The notes beneath the pieces are model-generated. The model did no database searches. It was not told the origin of the DNA and saw only the letters and a list, made by a program, of their open reading frames with translations. 57,208 nucleotides of DNA from a virus (taxonomy: Duplodnaviria > Caudoviricetes), in IMG/VR virus record IMGVR_UViG_3300045996_001423, positions 1-57,208 of that record; one strand, given 5' to 3'. Below, piece by piece: positions 47,782 through 55,548 of this stretch; within the stretch, counting starts at the first letter, position 1; each line of letters opens with the position of its first letter. Made by a program: the position numbers and the translations under genes.

Positions 47782-47811
47782 AGTGTACCACAACTTTTCG
47801 TTGTGTGTCAA
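47782..47811 (-). promoter_or_regulatory. sigma70-type promoter P5
   Basis: TTGACA-CACAACGAAAAGTTGTGG(18)-TACACT. Confidence 0.75.
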
Positions 47812-47842
47812 GGCCTTTCACAAGTCGTGAAGAATCAACAAC

Positions 47843-48442
47843 CTACGCGAAGTCCGTCGCCACCATGAGAGGTTCGACGCTATTCCACGAAAACGCCTTC
47901 AGGTTCGCTCGGCCTCGAACAACAGTCTGGTCGCCACTGTCTTCCAGCGTGAACGACAGATCAGCGTTGGGGGAATAGAACTGCCACTCCTTACCGTCGA
48001 GCTTGTTCTGCACAACCAGCAACAGAGCCTTCGACACGATGTCTTCCGACCCTAGGCTGAAACTGTACGCACTGCCCGCCTGCACTTCATACGGGTTGAT
48101 GCCGGAAAGCTCTTCGATCACAACATCGTCAAACTGGTCGAGAACGAACTCGAACGAACCTGACTTCTGACCAACGTACGACTGACGGAGAACCTGGTCA
48201 ATGCCTGTGCGGACCTCGCGAATTTCCTTCTCATACGCGATGCGAACTTTGCCGTTCACGCCGCCAAGATCGGTCCAACCCGAAGGAGTGGAGCCGTTGG
48301 ACTTTGTGGTGACAGGGGTAGCGGTCACGTCTGCGGTCTTAATGTAGACGCGGGGAGCATCTACGAATTTGATTACCTGAGTACCAGTGGAGCCGCTCGT
48401 AAGCGGAGTCTGGGTGGTATTCTTATTTACAATAACTGCCAT
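47843..48442 (-). CDS. major tail tube protein
   Basis: Strong SD AAAGGAG; WTDLGG..G.V motif; followed by terminator and chaperone. Confidence 0.75.
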   Translation of the reverse strand: MAVIVNKNTTQTPLTSGSTGTQVIKFVDAPRVYIKTADVTATPVTTKSNGSTPSGWTDLGGVNGKVRIAYEKEIREVRTGIDQVLRQSYVGQKSGSFEFVLDQFDDVVIEELSGINPYEVQAGSAYSFSLGSEDIVSKALLLVVQNKLDGKEWQFYSPNADLSFTLEDSGDQTVVRGRANLKAFSWNSVEPLMVATDFA

Positions 48443-48456
48443 TTAAGAAACTCCTT

Positions 48457-48864
48457 TCAAAGTGAGATGTGATACTCAAGGGTCAGAAGGCAGAGGTAGT
48501 GGCAGTAGTACTGCGACGATATCCTCTTGAAACTGACCTTGTCCCACATCATGTTTTGCCCGGTTAGTACCGGGGAAGCCGGAATTGTGTAGTCCTTAAG
48601 TGGAGCTTGTAAACATACCAGGACTGACCACAACTGGTTCATGACGCTGACGGCCTCACGCTCGTCTGCGTACACTACATCGAGCGCAACCCTCTGGGAA
48701 GAAACGTGCATGTGAGGGGTAATGTCGAAGAACTCAACATTGACAGCACCTTCCATCAACGTTTCAGAGTTGGGGTTGTTAACGTCGAACCGGCGCGGAT
48801 GAATTGTGATATCTGGCAGGTTATCCGCCAGATAATGTAGAAAACTGTCTCGAACCTGAATCAC
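48457..48864 (-). CDS. putative tail terminator protein
   Basis: Size and position just upstream of the tail tube. Confidence 0.5.
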   Translation of the reverse strand: MIQVRDSFLHYLADNLPDITIHPRRFDVNNPNSETLMEGAVNVEFFDITPHMHVSSQRVALDVVYADEREAVSVMNQLWSVLVCLQAPLKDYTIPASPVLTGQNMMWDKVSFKRISSQYYCHYLCLLTLEYHISL

Positions 48865-49274
48865 CGCTGTATACTCCTTGCTACAACGATGAACAGGAGA
48901 GCTTCGCCAACTGCTACGAGGGGAGCGACCTTAACAACCTTGCAGACTTCCTCAGAGTCTGCAGTTTGGAAAACGATTACGTAGTCGGGATCTTTAAGCT
49001 GATCCTCTGACATGGCGGTCGGTGACACGTACAATACTGTGTCTGTGGCGGGTTGAAGAGACCCTGCCAACAGCAACATGTCCTCTTGGGAGAGCGCTGC
49101 TGGAACTATGGGCTGCGGCGACAGAAGAGTGTCAGTCGTTGTGACAGTACCGGGTACACCAATTAATGGATCACCCCCTCCACGGCTGAGAAGCCGTTTG
49201 TACACCGCCCGGTTTGTGACCAGGTACTTGTCTGATATCTTGTCAATTTTGCGAATCAGGGAATCTGCGTTCAT
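48861..49274 (-). CDS. putative head closure protein
   Basis: Size and position in the neck module. Confidence 0.5.
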   Translation of the reverse strand: MNADSLIRKIDKISDKYLVTNRAVYKRLLSRGGGDPLIGVPGTVTTTDTLLSPQPIVPAALSQEDMLLLAGSLQPATDTVLYVSPTAMSEDQLKDPDYVIVFQTADSEEVCKVVKVAPLVAVGEALLFIVVARSIQR

Positions 49275-49858
49275 TACGCCCTCCCCAATGTCGGTTTAAC
49301 TTTTACGAAGAACGGACTGAGAAACTCTCTAGCCACCGGCGACAACATAGAACCGGTGCCAGCAAACGTCTGGCTAACAGAAATCTGACCAATCTTTGTA
49401 CTGTCCCTCTCGACACCCTGCATTCTGGTTGCAAGCGCTGAATCGTCAAAAGTCAGCAGGTACACCGCCTGCTCACACTGCGCCATCTTCACTGCTTCCG
49501 GAATGTACAGGTCTCCCGTCTCCAACTCCCTGTCCACATTGCGGGGGAATTGAAGGGCTTGGTGCTCCCGATAACGGCGGGGACGGTTACGGTCGTAGAA
49601 CTCGACCACAGTACCGCTGCTTCTCAGGTATCGGTACTTTCCGGTCCACGTGTTGTCCCACGGGTAAACAAACCGAACAGATTCGATGACGCGGCACGAA
49701 CGGATAAGAAGGCTTTCCTTCTTGCCCGTAGTTAACGCTTGCCACGATGCCGCTTTGGTTTGATCCTGATGAACTGACCAGTAATCGTCGCAATACGACG
49801 CATCCACGTAGCTGTTGGCAAACTCCCCGGTTAGGGTAGTGTCCAACGTAAGGGGCAT
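49274..49858 (-). CDS. head-tail adaptor (DnaT-like domain family)
   Basis: ANSYVD, QALQFPR, IPEAVKMAQCEQA. Confidence 0.7.
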   Translation of the reverse strand: MPLTLDTTLTGEFANSYVDASYCDDYWSVHQDQTKAASWQALTTGKKESLLIRSCRVIESVRFVYPWDNTWTGKYRYLRSSGTVVEFYDRNRPRRYREHQALQFPRNVDRELETGDLYIPEAVKMAQCEQAVYLLTFDDSALATRMQGVERDSTKIGQISVSQTFAGTGSMLSPVAREFLSPFFVKVKPTLGRA

Positions 49859-49861
49859 AGG

Positions 49862-50047
49862 TTACCCCTTCTTGTCGGCTGGCTTTTTCTTCTCTTCCTC
49901 CACCACAGGCTTTGCAGGTTTCGGCTCTGCCACGGGCTTCGGTTCGGGGGCGGGTTCCGGCTTAGGGGTAGCCTTGGGATTTTCTTTCTTTACTTCGGGA
50001 ACCGGCTTTACTTCGGCGCTGTGATGTCGCCGTATCAGCATACCCAT
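49862..50047 (-). CDS. small Pro/Lys/Glu-rich protein
   Basis: AAAGGAG SD; MGMLIRRH then low-complexity sequence. Confidence 0.6.
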   Translation of the reverse strand: MGMLIRRHHSAEVKPVPEVKKENPKATPKPEPAPEPKPVAEPKPAKPVVEEEKKKPADKKG

Positions 50048-50115
50048 TCTGAAGTACTCCTTTCGATGCTTTAAGAGAGGGGTGAGCGGACCCACCCCAC
50101 CGATGTGTCAAGGGG

Positions 50116-51012
50116 TTACTTGCTGTAGATTTTCGCCACAGCCACGCTGCGGTCGTCTTCCGCAACAACAGCGCTGGTCTTGTCGTCGTACCCGAACAGG
50201 TGAGCCGAGAAGTGCACCGTGGCCGCGATCACGTCGGACTGCGCCAGGATGTCACGATCCATCTCAACCAGAACGTTGCGCTGGAAGAACAGGCCCAGAG
50301 CACCGGGACCGGCGATGTAGGTGTTGTAGTGCACGACGCTCGACACAGTCGTGGTCGTCACACGGTCGCTAAGCTGAATGGGCAGGCCCATGATCATGCC
50401 AACGTGACCGGTCTTAACCACGTCCATGTTGGACTGGTAGTTGTTCTGGATCAGAGAAAGCTGAGCCAGATCACCGTACACCTTGGAGTGCATGATCACA
50501 CGGCCAACGCCGAGCAGCAACTGGTGCTGGTCGCCAAAACTGTCAACCAGCGCTTTGATGAACGCGTTCTGGTCCATCGTGCCGCTGCCGACAGCCGACT
50601 GATCGAAGGTGTTCGGGGTCTTGTTAAGCTGCAGAGTCAGCGTGGCGTCGATCTTCTCAGCGGCTCGACGGGCAAGCTGCGAAGAAATCGCACCCATCGG
50701 ATCGCCTTCGGCAACCATCTGAGCGATGTCCGTGACTTCGAACGCGGCACCGGCACGCGACACAACCGCGTACTCAGCGCCCGCCGTGATCTTGCCGGGA
50801 ACCATCGCGGTACCTTCGGTCAGATCACCAAACGCAGCGATGCGCTTCCAGAACGGAATCTTAAACTCCGTACCAGGAGTACCCATGGGGAAGTCAGGCG
50901 ACATCTCAACAATACTCGTGTTGCCGAGGACCAACTGTTCGGGGAACTTCGCCGCCGTCAGATCGGCCAGAACTTCGGGGATAATGATATCGGAACTAGC
51001 GGTATACGCCAT
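50116..51012 (-). CDS. major capsid protein
   Basis: IIIPEV, G.PG..FKIPFW, LTEG, GDPM, VEMDRDIL; strong SD and codon bias. Confidence 0.9.
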   Translation of the reverse strand: MAYTASSDIIIPEVLADLTAAKFPEQLVLGNTSIVEMSPDFPMGTPGTEFKIPFWKRIAAFGDLTEGTAMVPGKITAGAEYAVVSRAGAAFEVTDIAQMVAEGDPMGAISSQLARRAAEKIDATLTLQLNKTPNTFDQSAVGSGTMDQNAFIKALVDSFGDQHQLLLGVGRVIMHSKVYGDLAQLSLIQNNYQSNMDVVKTGHVGMIMGLPIQLSDRVTTTTVSSVVHYNTYIAGPGALGLFFQRNVLVEMDRDILAQSDVIAATVHFSAHLFGYDDKTSAVVAEDDRSVAVAKIYSK

Positions 51013-51072
51013 AGAAAATGCTCCTTATAGGGTGCACTACATTGTTTGTAGTGACTGTGATGTAGTTGGGCT

Positions 51073-51885
51073 TTACTTGCTCAACCAACCCTTTTCAACT
51101 GCTACCTTACGGAGTCTCTTGTACTCATCAGGATCAGACTTGAAAAGTTTGGCTGCGATCAGAGCGTTACCTTTGGGTCCGAATACTGACTCAACCTCGT
51201 AACGTCCGACCATGCTCGCCCCGTTCCTTTGGTTCTCGTAAGAACCAGCGCCGCCTCGTGCTTCGCCGCGTACCAGGTACGGGTTTCTGGCCGCATACTC
51301 CGTGTAGAACTCATCCAAGCTCATGGGTTCGAAGGCGGCGTTCATGCGTTCAGTCCCGGTTTCGGGATTGACAACCAGGAACCGCCCCTTTGAGTCGTCC
51401 CACTTAACACTGTCTTCAGTAAGCTTTGAGACAGCGTTCAAATCAACGAAGTTAGCCTTGGAAGCGGCATCGCGAATCGCCATGCCACGGCGGATATTGA
51501 CCATTTCCTGACGGGTCTTCTCAACTTCAGACGCCTTGGCGCTGAGTTGCTGCTTATACCTGTCCAGTTCCTGGTCCCGCTGAGCCGTAACGCTCTTCAT
51601 TTCAGAGATTACGTTCTTCAGCGCTTCGATATCTTCCGCGCCCTCTGCCGTGGGATTCTTTCTCTGCGACTTGGTAGCCTCCGCAAGCTGCGCCTGCATT
51701 TCGGCCATCTGCCGCTGAAGTTCCGCGTTTTGTGCGCGAATCTCCCGAGCCGCCTCTCCCTGTTTCTCCCGGATCAATTCGTTGACCCGAGCCTGCTGCC
51801 GCTCGTCAAAGGTCACTTTCACCTGATCGTTGTTGTTCTGCTCAGAATTGTTCTGTGCCTGAGAATTGTTGGTCTCAGTTGCCAT
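51073..51885 (-). CDS. capsid scaffolding protein
   Basis: Coiled coil, VTF...Q..VN, NPYLV..GGAGS; directly upstream of the capsid gene. Confidence 0.8.
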   Translation of the reverse strand: MATETNNSQAQNNSEQNNNDQVKVTFDERQQARVNELIREKQGEAAREIRAQNAELQRQMAEMQAQLAEATKSQRKNPTAEGAEDIEALKNVISEMKSVTAQRDQELDRYKQQLSAKASEVEKTRQEMVNIRRGMAIRDAASKANFVDLNAVSKLTEDSVKWDDSKGRFLVVNPETGTERMNAAFEPMSLDEFYTEYAARNPYLVRGEARGGAGSYENQRNGASMVGRYEVESVFGPKGNALIAAKLFKSDPDEYKRLRKVAVEKGWLSK

Positions 51886-51953
51886 ATTGTTTTGTCTCCA
51901 ATGCACCCTATGTGTGTCTTGCCCACGCTGGGTTAGGTCGTTGGGCAGAAATT

Positions 51954-51986
51954 AAAAAGGCCCGAGCCGTTTCCGGCGTCGAGCCT
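51954..51986 (-). terminator. intrinsic terminator
   Basis: AGGCTCGA-C-GCCG-GAAA-CGGC-TCGGGCCT followed by TTTT. Confidence 0.75.
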
Positions 51987-52008
51987 CCGTTGAAAAATTG
52001 TGCCGCTG

Positions 52009-52191
52009 CTATTCTTTAGGTTCGTGGTCGCACTTCTTTTCGGGATCGCGAGCCTTGAGAAGCGCTACGCCGCCTGCCACCACGCCGACAATCAGAGGGT
52101 CGGAGTATTTTTCAGGCATTACACAAATGGTCACCAAGGCAAAGGTAAGCAACGCAATGCCGGAAACCGTAGTCTTCCATTCTGAAAACAA
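52009..52191 (-). CDS. small two-TM membrane protein (holin-like)
   Basis: GGAGG SD; WKTTVSGI...GVALLKARD. Confidence 0.55.
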   Translation of the reverse strand: MFSEWKTTVSGIALLTFALVTICVMPEKYSDPLIVGVVAGGVALLKARDPEKKCDHEPKE

Positions 52192-52239
52192 GACAATCAC
52201 CTCCCATACAGAAATACACACCACCCAGTCGTCAAGTAC

Positions 52240-53850
52240 TTAGTCTTGACGAAGCTTGTTCGTTGCGGAAGGCTGATTGTTAGACTCTGCAGCAAGTTCA
52301 GCCATGGTCCCGGTGCTCTTCTCTTTTTGCTGAGCGCCGGGGGATGTCTGAGACTTCTGCCTTGTCTCGTCCTTCCACTTTTCAAACTCGAACTTTTCTA
52401 TTTCTGATTCGATCTTCGCGAGAATATCCTTTGGAAGCTTCCCGTCGAATTCTCTGACGAGACGTTTAAGCTCTTCTCGAATAAACGTTTCAGACGGAAC
52501 GTTAAGGTCTTTCACCAGAGTCATAAACTGCGTCAAGGCGTCGGTGAGGTTCGTAAGCTCGTACCTATCCTTGTACTTGACCTTGCCGTCCCACTCCCTG
52601 CCCATCATTTTCAGGGTAAGGGCCATCAATCGGTTCTCTGCCCGCTCTAACGACTCGGCTCTACTGGATATGTAAGGAACCGTTTTACTGAACGACTGGG
52701 CCTGTGCGAAACCGGACGACTTCTCTCCGTTGAAGATCTCTCCCACAAAATCTTGCGCTGCGATCTTGAACATTTCGTTCGTGATCTTTGACCGCTCCGA
52801 CTGAATGAACGCTGCCGGGTCTACCGGGGGAGAAATGTAAGCCGGTCGTTCAGTATCTTTCGGATACTCCATCACGTTGGCCGCACTGATATCGCCAGAG
52901 TCTTCACTCATCCCAGGCGCACCATGAAGATTGTCAACCTGTCGTGACAGAATGTTGAATGCCTGACGGTACAGAAACTCATCCAACATGCTGGAGAGGT
53001 TCATGATTTTACGGTTGTTGCCTGCCAGATCTCTTAGGAACGACAATCCCATATGAGGGAACTTTTTGGAGCGCTTGTACCGTACTACCTCAATCGGAAC
53101 GACGCCAAGCTCATTGTCCAGAAGTTCTGGAGGTCCAACCAGGAAAGGCTCCGACTCTTTTGTGACATCCACCCGCGTGAGCGTTATCAGTTCCTTGGTC
53201 CACTCTGTGTACTCTTCGATTAAACGCCTCTCACCGGCTACGCGGTCATCCGTTAGCTGCCGTCTCTTGACGTACACGAAGTTGCCGAACTTATCCGTGC
53301 TCCAGTCAATAACCTCTTCTGGCTTTATCAGCACCCAATACGGTCTGAAGTTGCTGTCCAATTCGTCTTGCTTTGTTACAACGATTCCTTCTGGACGGCG
53401 AGGGGCGTCAACCAGAACGTACGACATACCAAACACTTGCATGTCGTCACATACTTCTTTCATGAAGTCGTCAATGGTCTCACCCTTCATGTTGACATCG
53501 GAGACAAACGACGTATAGAAGTCGCTGTTGGTGTTTCCGTTTCTGTCGATGGGTTCACTGAAAATGAAGTTGGTAAAGAAGCCTACTATCAACTCGCAGT
53601 AGTTTAAGTTGTGCGCCCTCTTTACACGCTCCGCGTAGTCTTCGTCGGTTTCTCTCTGGTGCTGAAAAAGGTTCGACTTGCAGGCGAACTCAGGACCGCT
53701 CTCATACGCGGACAGGAAAAAGTTCCACTGAGGAGCAAATCGGTCATGCAGATCGTGAGTAGACCTTAGCCTCTTTATCAGGTCTTCGTCTGTAGAGCGC
53801 CCTGAAGAAGTGGAAGGAAACTCCGGAAGTTCTACGGTCTTGCTTATCAT
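52240..53850 (-). CDS. portal protein
   Basis: RETDEDYAERVKRA, G.SYVLVDAP, RPYWVLIKPEEVIDW, LGVVP; position upstream of the scaffold. Confidence 0.85.
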   Translation of the reverse strand: MISKTVELPEFPSTSSGRSTDEDLIKRLRSTHDLHDRFAPQWNFFLSAYESGPEFACKSNLFQHQRETDEDYAERVKRAHNLNYCELIVGFFTNFIFSEPIDRNGNTNSDFYTSFVSDVNMKGETIDDFMKEVCDDMQVFGMSYVLVDAPRRPEGIVVTKQDELDSNFRPYWVLIKPEEVIDWSTDKFGNFVYVKRRQLTDDRVAGERRLIEEYTEWTKELITLTRVDVTKESEPFLVGPPELLDNELGVVPIEVVRYKRSKKFPHMGLSFLRDLAGNNRKIMNLSSMLDEFLYRQAFNILSRQVDNLHGAPGMSEDSGDISAANVMEYPKDTERPAYISPPVDPAAFIQSERSKITNEMFKIAAQDFVGEIFNGEKSSGFAQAQSFSKTVPYISSRAESLERAENRLMALTLKMMGREWDGKVKYKDRYELTNLTDALTQFMTLVKDLNVPSETFIREELKRLVREFDGKLPKDILAKIESEIEKFEFEKWKDETRQKSQTSPGAQQKEKSTGTMAELAAESNNQPSATNKLRQD

Positions 53851-54761
53851 TAGTACGCTACCTGCTCTCTCCTAAACATGCAAAGCAACTCGTCCAGATC
53901 ACACACCTGACGACTCCGGACTTCATTGGCGTAATCCCGGCTTCTTTCATAGGCCGTTTCCAACAGGTCGTACAGCGGACGTGTCTGACCCATACGTATA
54001 TGACCTTTGGTCACAAAACTGTCGAACAATTTGTACAACCACTTTTCACCGCCTACGACGTGAGCGCAAACCAGCATATTGACGTAGTAGTCATCGGTGT
54101 AGTGCCTTGTATACCCACGGTTCCCTGCGAAGTGGTAGTGCAGCATTCGGGGGTCAATATGCACCGGAAGTCCGTACAACCACATCGTGAAGTCAAAGAG
54201 AACTTCCTCGCCGCCGTACCCCACCAACAAAGAGTCTGGTCCGTAACCACCCACAATGTCCCACGCAGATCTCTTAACGGCGAACCCTCCGTGACCGCCC
54301 ACCCCAATCTTGTAGGGCCGTAGATCTTCCACTGGGTACTGGCTACCTTCTCCCCAAAAGTTGTAATCCAGTTTCAGGTTATAGTGGTAAAATGGACCTG
54401 AAGTTACCGTAAACTGATACGCCGAGTGCATCATATGCACGTCGTTATCTCTTAGGTAATGGACTGCTCGTCTAAAGTACCCGGCTGCTGGTACGCAGTG
54501 GTTATCAAAAAAGAAGATAATATCTCCGGAAGACTTCTTCGCGCCTAGCGCCCTAGCCCGAGGGGGCGACAGCGGATCGTCTGAATGAACATGAACCAGA
54601 CCTGACAGATTCGCAGAAAGTTCCGGCGACACCGGCTCTCCGTTGCTGACGACCACAACTTCGTAGTCCGTCTGCAGAGTCTGTAATTGGTCGAGAGACG
54701 AAAAAATCGTAGACCAAAGGCCCACCACACTGCCTCTGTGAGGCACAACGAGGCTAATCAT
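53850..54761 (-). CDS. GT2 family glycosyltransferase
   Basis: ISLVVP, YEVVVVSNG, ARALGA..SSGDIIFFFDNH, VGGY, YGGEE. Confidence 0.85.
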   Translation of the reverse strand: MISLVVPHRGSVVGLWSTIFSSLDQLQTLQTDYEVVVVSNGEPVSPELSANLSGLVHVHSDDPLSPPRARALGAKKSSGDIIFFFDNHCVPAAGYFRRAVHYLRDNDVHMMHSAYQFTVTSGPFYHYNLKLDYNFWGEGSQYPVEDLRPYKIGVGGHGGFAVKRSAWDIVGGYGPDSLLVGYGGEEVLFDFTMWLYGLPVHIDPRMLHYHFAGNRGYTRHYTDDYYVNMLVCAHVVGGEKWLYKLFDSFVTKGHIRMGQTRPLYDLLETAYERSRDYANEVRSRQVCDLDELLCMFRREQVAY

Positions 54762-54852
54762 TTGCTAACCGTACCTAAAATCCAGACCTGAAAAAAGTTT
54801 GATAGAATTCTCCGCATCCCGGCGTCCACTCGTCGGGGCAAGGAGGATCTTT

Positions 54853-55548
54853 ATGCGACTCGCACTCGCTGTATTCTTCGCTATGGGACTGCCTGCGGCA
54901 ATCTTGGATTCTGGCCCAATCACCAGCGCAACAATCACGAGCTTTTGGTATGGACCCAGCGAATATCAGAATTTGCGCTTTGATTTAATGGGCGACGGGT
55001 TTCGCCTTCGTGGTGCTTCTTACGACGGATACTACAACGGCCTGCACTACGCCCACGGAGGGGTTCCAGACACGGCAAGCATGAGTGGGGCGCTGTCTTA
55101 CGCACTGGGGTCAGTGACGGAGGGCGGCGAACCCGTAGGATTCAGTCTGGCGGTTCCGTACAGCTACATCATCAGTCCACAATTTACTTTGGAAACAACG
55201 CCGGGAGAGCACACGATGGACCAACCGTTCGAAGCGTACTGGGAAATCGTGCCGTACCCCTGTGATTACATGTTCGAGCACTGTGCTCCCTCTACCGACA
55301 AAGTGTACTTGGTTTCTTTTACCGGAACGGCCCGAGGACACTACACCATCAGCGATGGCTTTGTGGAAGATACCAGAATCGAATTCCTGGTGGCTTCCGG
55401 CACGTGGACCGTTGCGGGGGACGTGGCAGAAGTCGCCAACCCGGAACCGGGGAGCATGGTTCTCGCCGGTCTCGGGCTAGCCGTCATCTACTGGGTGCGC
55501 AGACGGAAAACGTCGGTGTCGGTCCCGCAGTTGCGAACGACCCAGTGA
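54853..55548 (+). CDS. PEP-CTERM sorting-domain protein
   Basis: AGGAGG SD, signal peptide, C-terminal NPEPGSMVLAGLGLAVIYWVRRRK. Confidence 0.85.
   Translation: MRLALAVFFAMGLPAAILDSGPITSATITSFWYGPSEYQNLRFDLMGDGFRLRGASYDGYYNGLHYAHGGVPDTASMSGALSYALGSVTEGGEPVGFSLAVPYSYIISPQFTLETTPGEHTMDQPFEAYWEIVPYPCDYMFEHCAPSTDKVYLVSFTGTARGHYTISDGFVEDTRIEFLVASGTWTVAGDVAEVANPEPGSMVLAGLGLAVIYWVRRRKTSVSVPQLRTTQ

Noticed and set aside
50079-50111. TTGACACA after the capsid gene as a sixth promoter
   Set aside because: There is no TAnnnT at 17-18 bp. The sequence forms a GGGGTGGG/CTCACCCC hairpin with a weak T-tract, more like a weak terminator or stabiliser.
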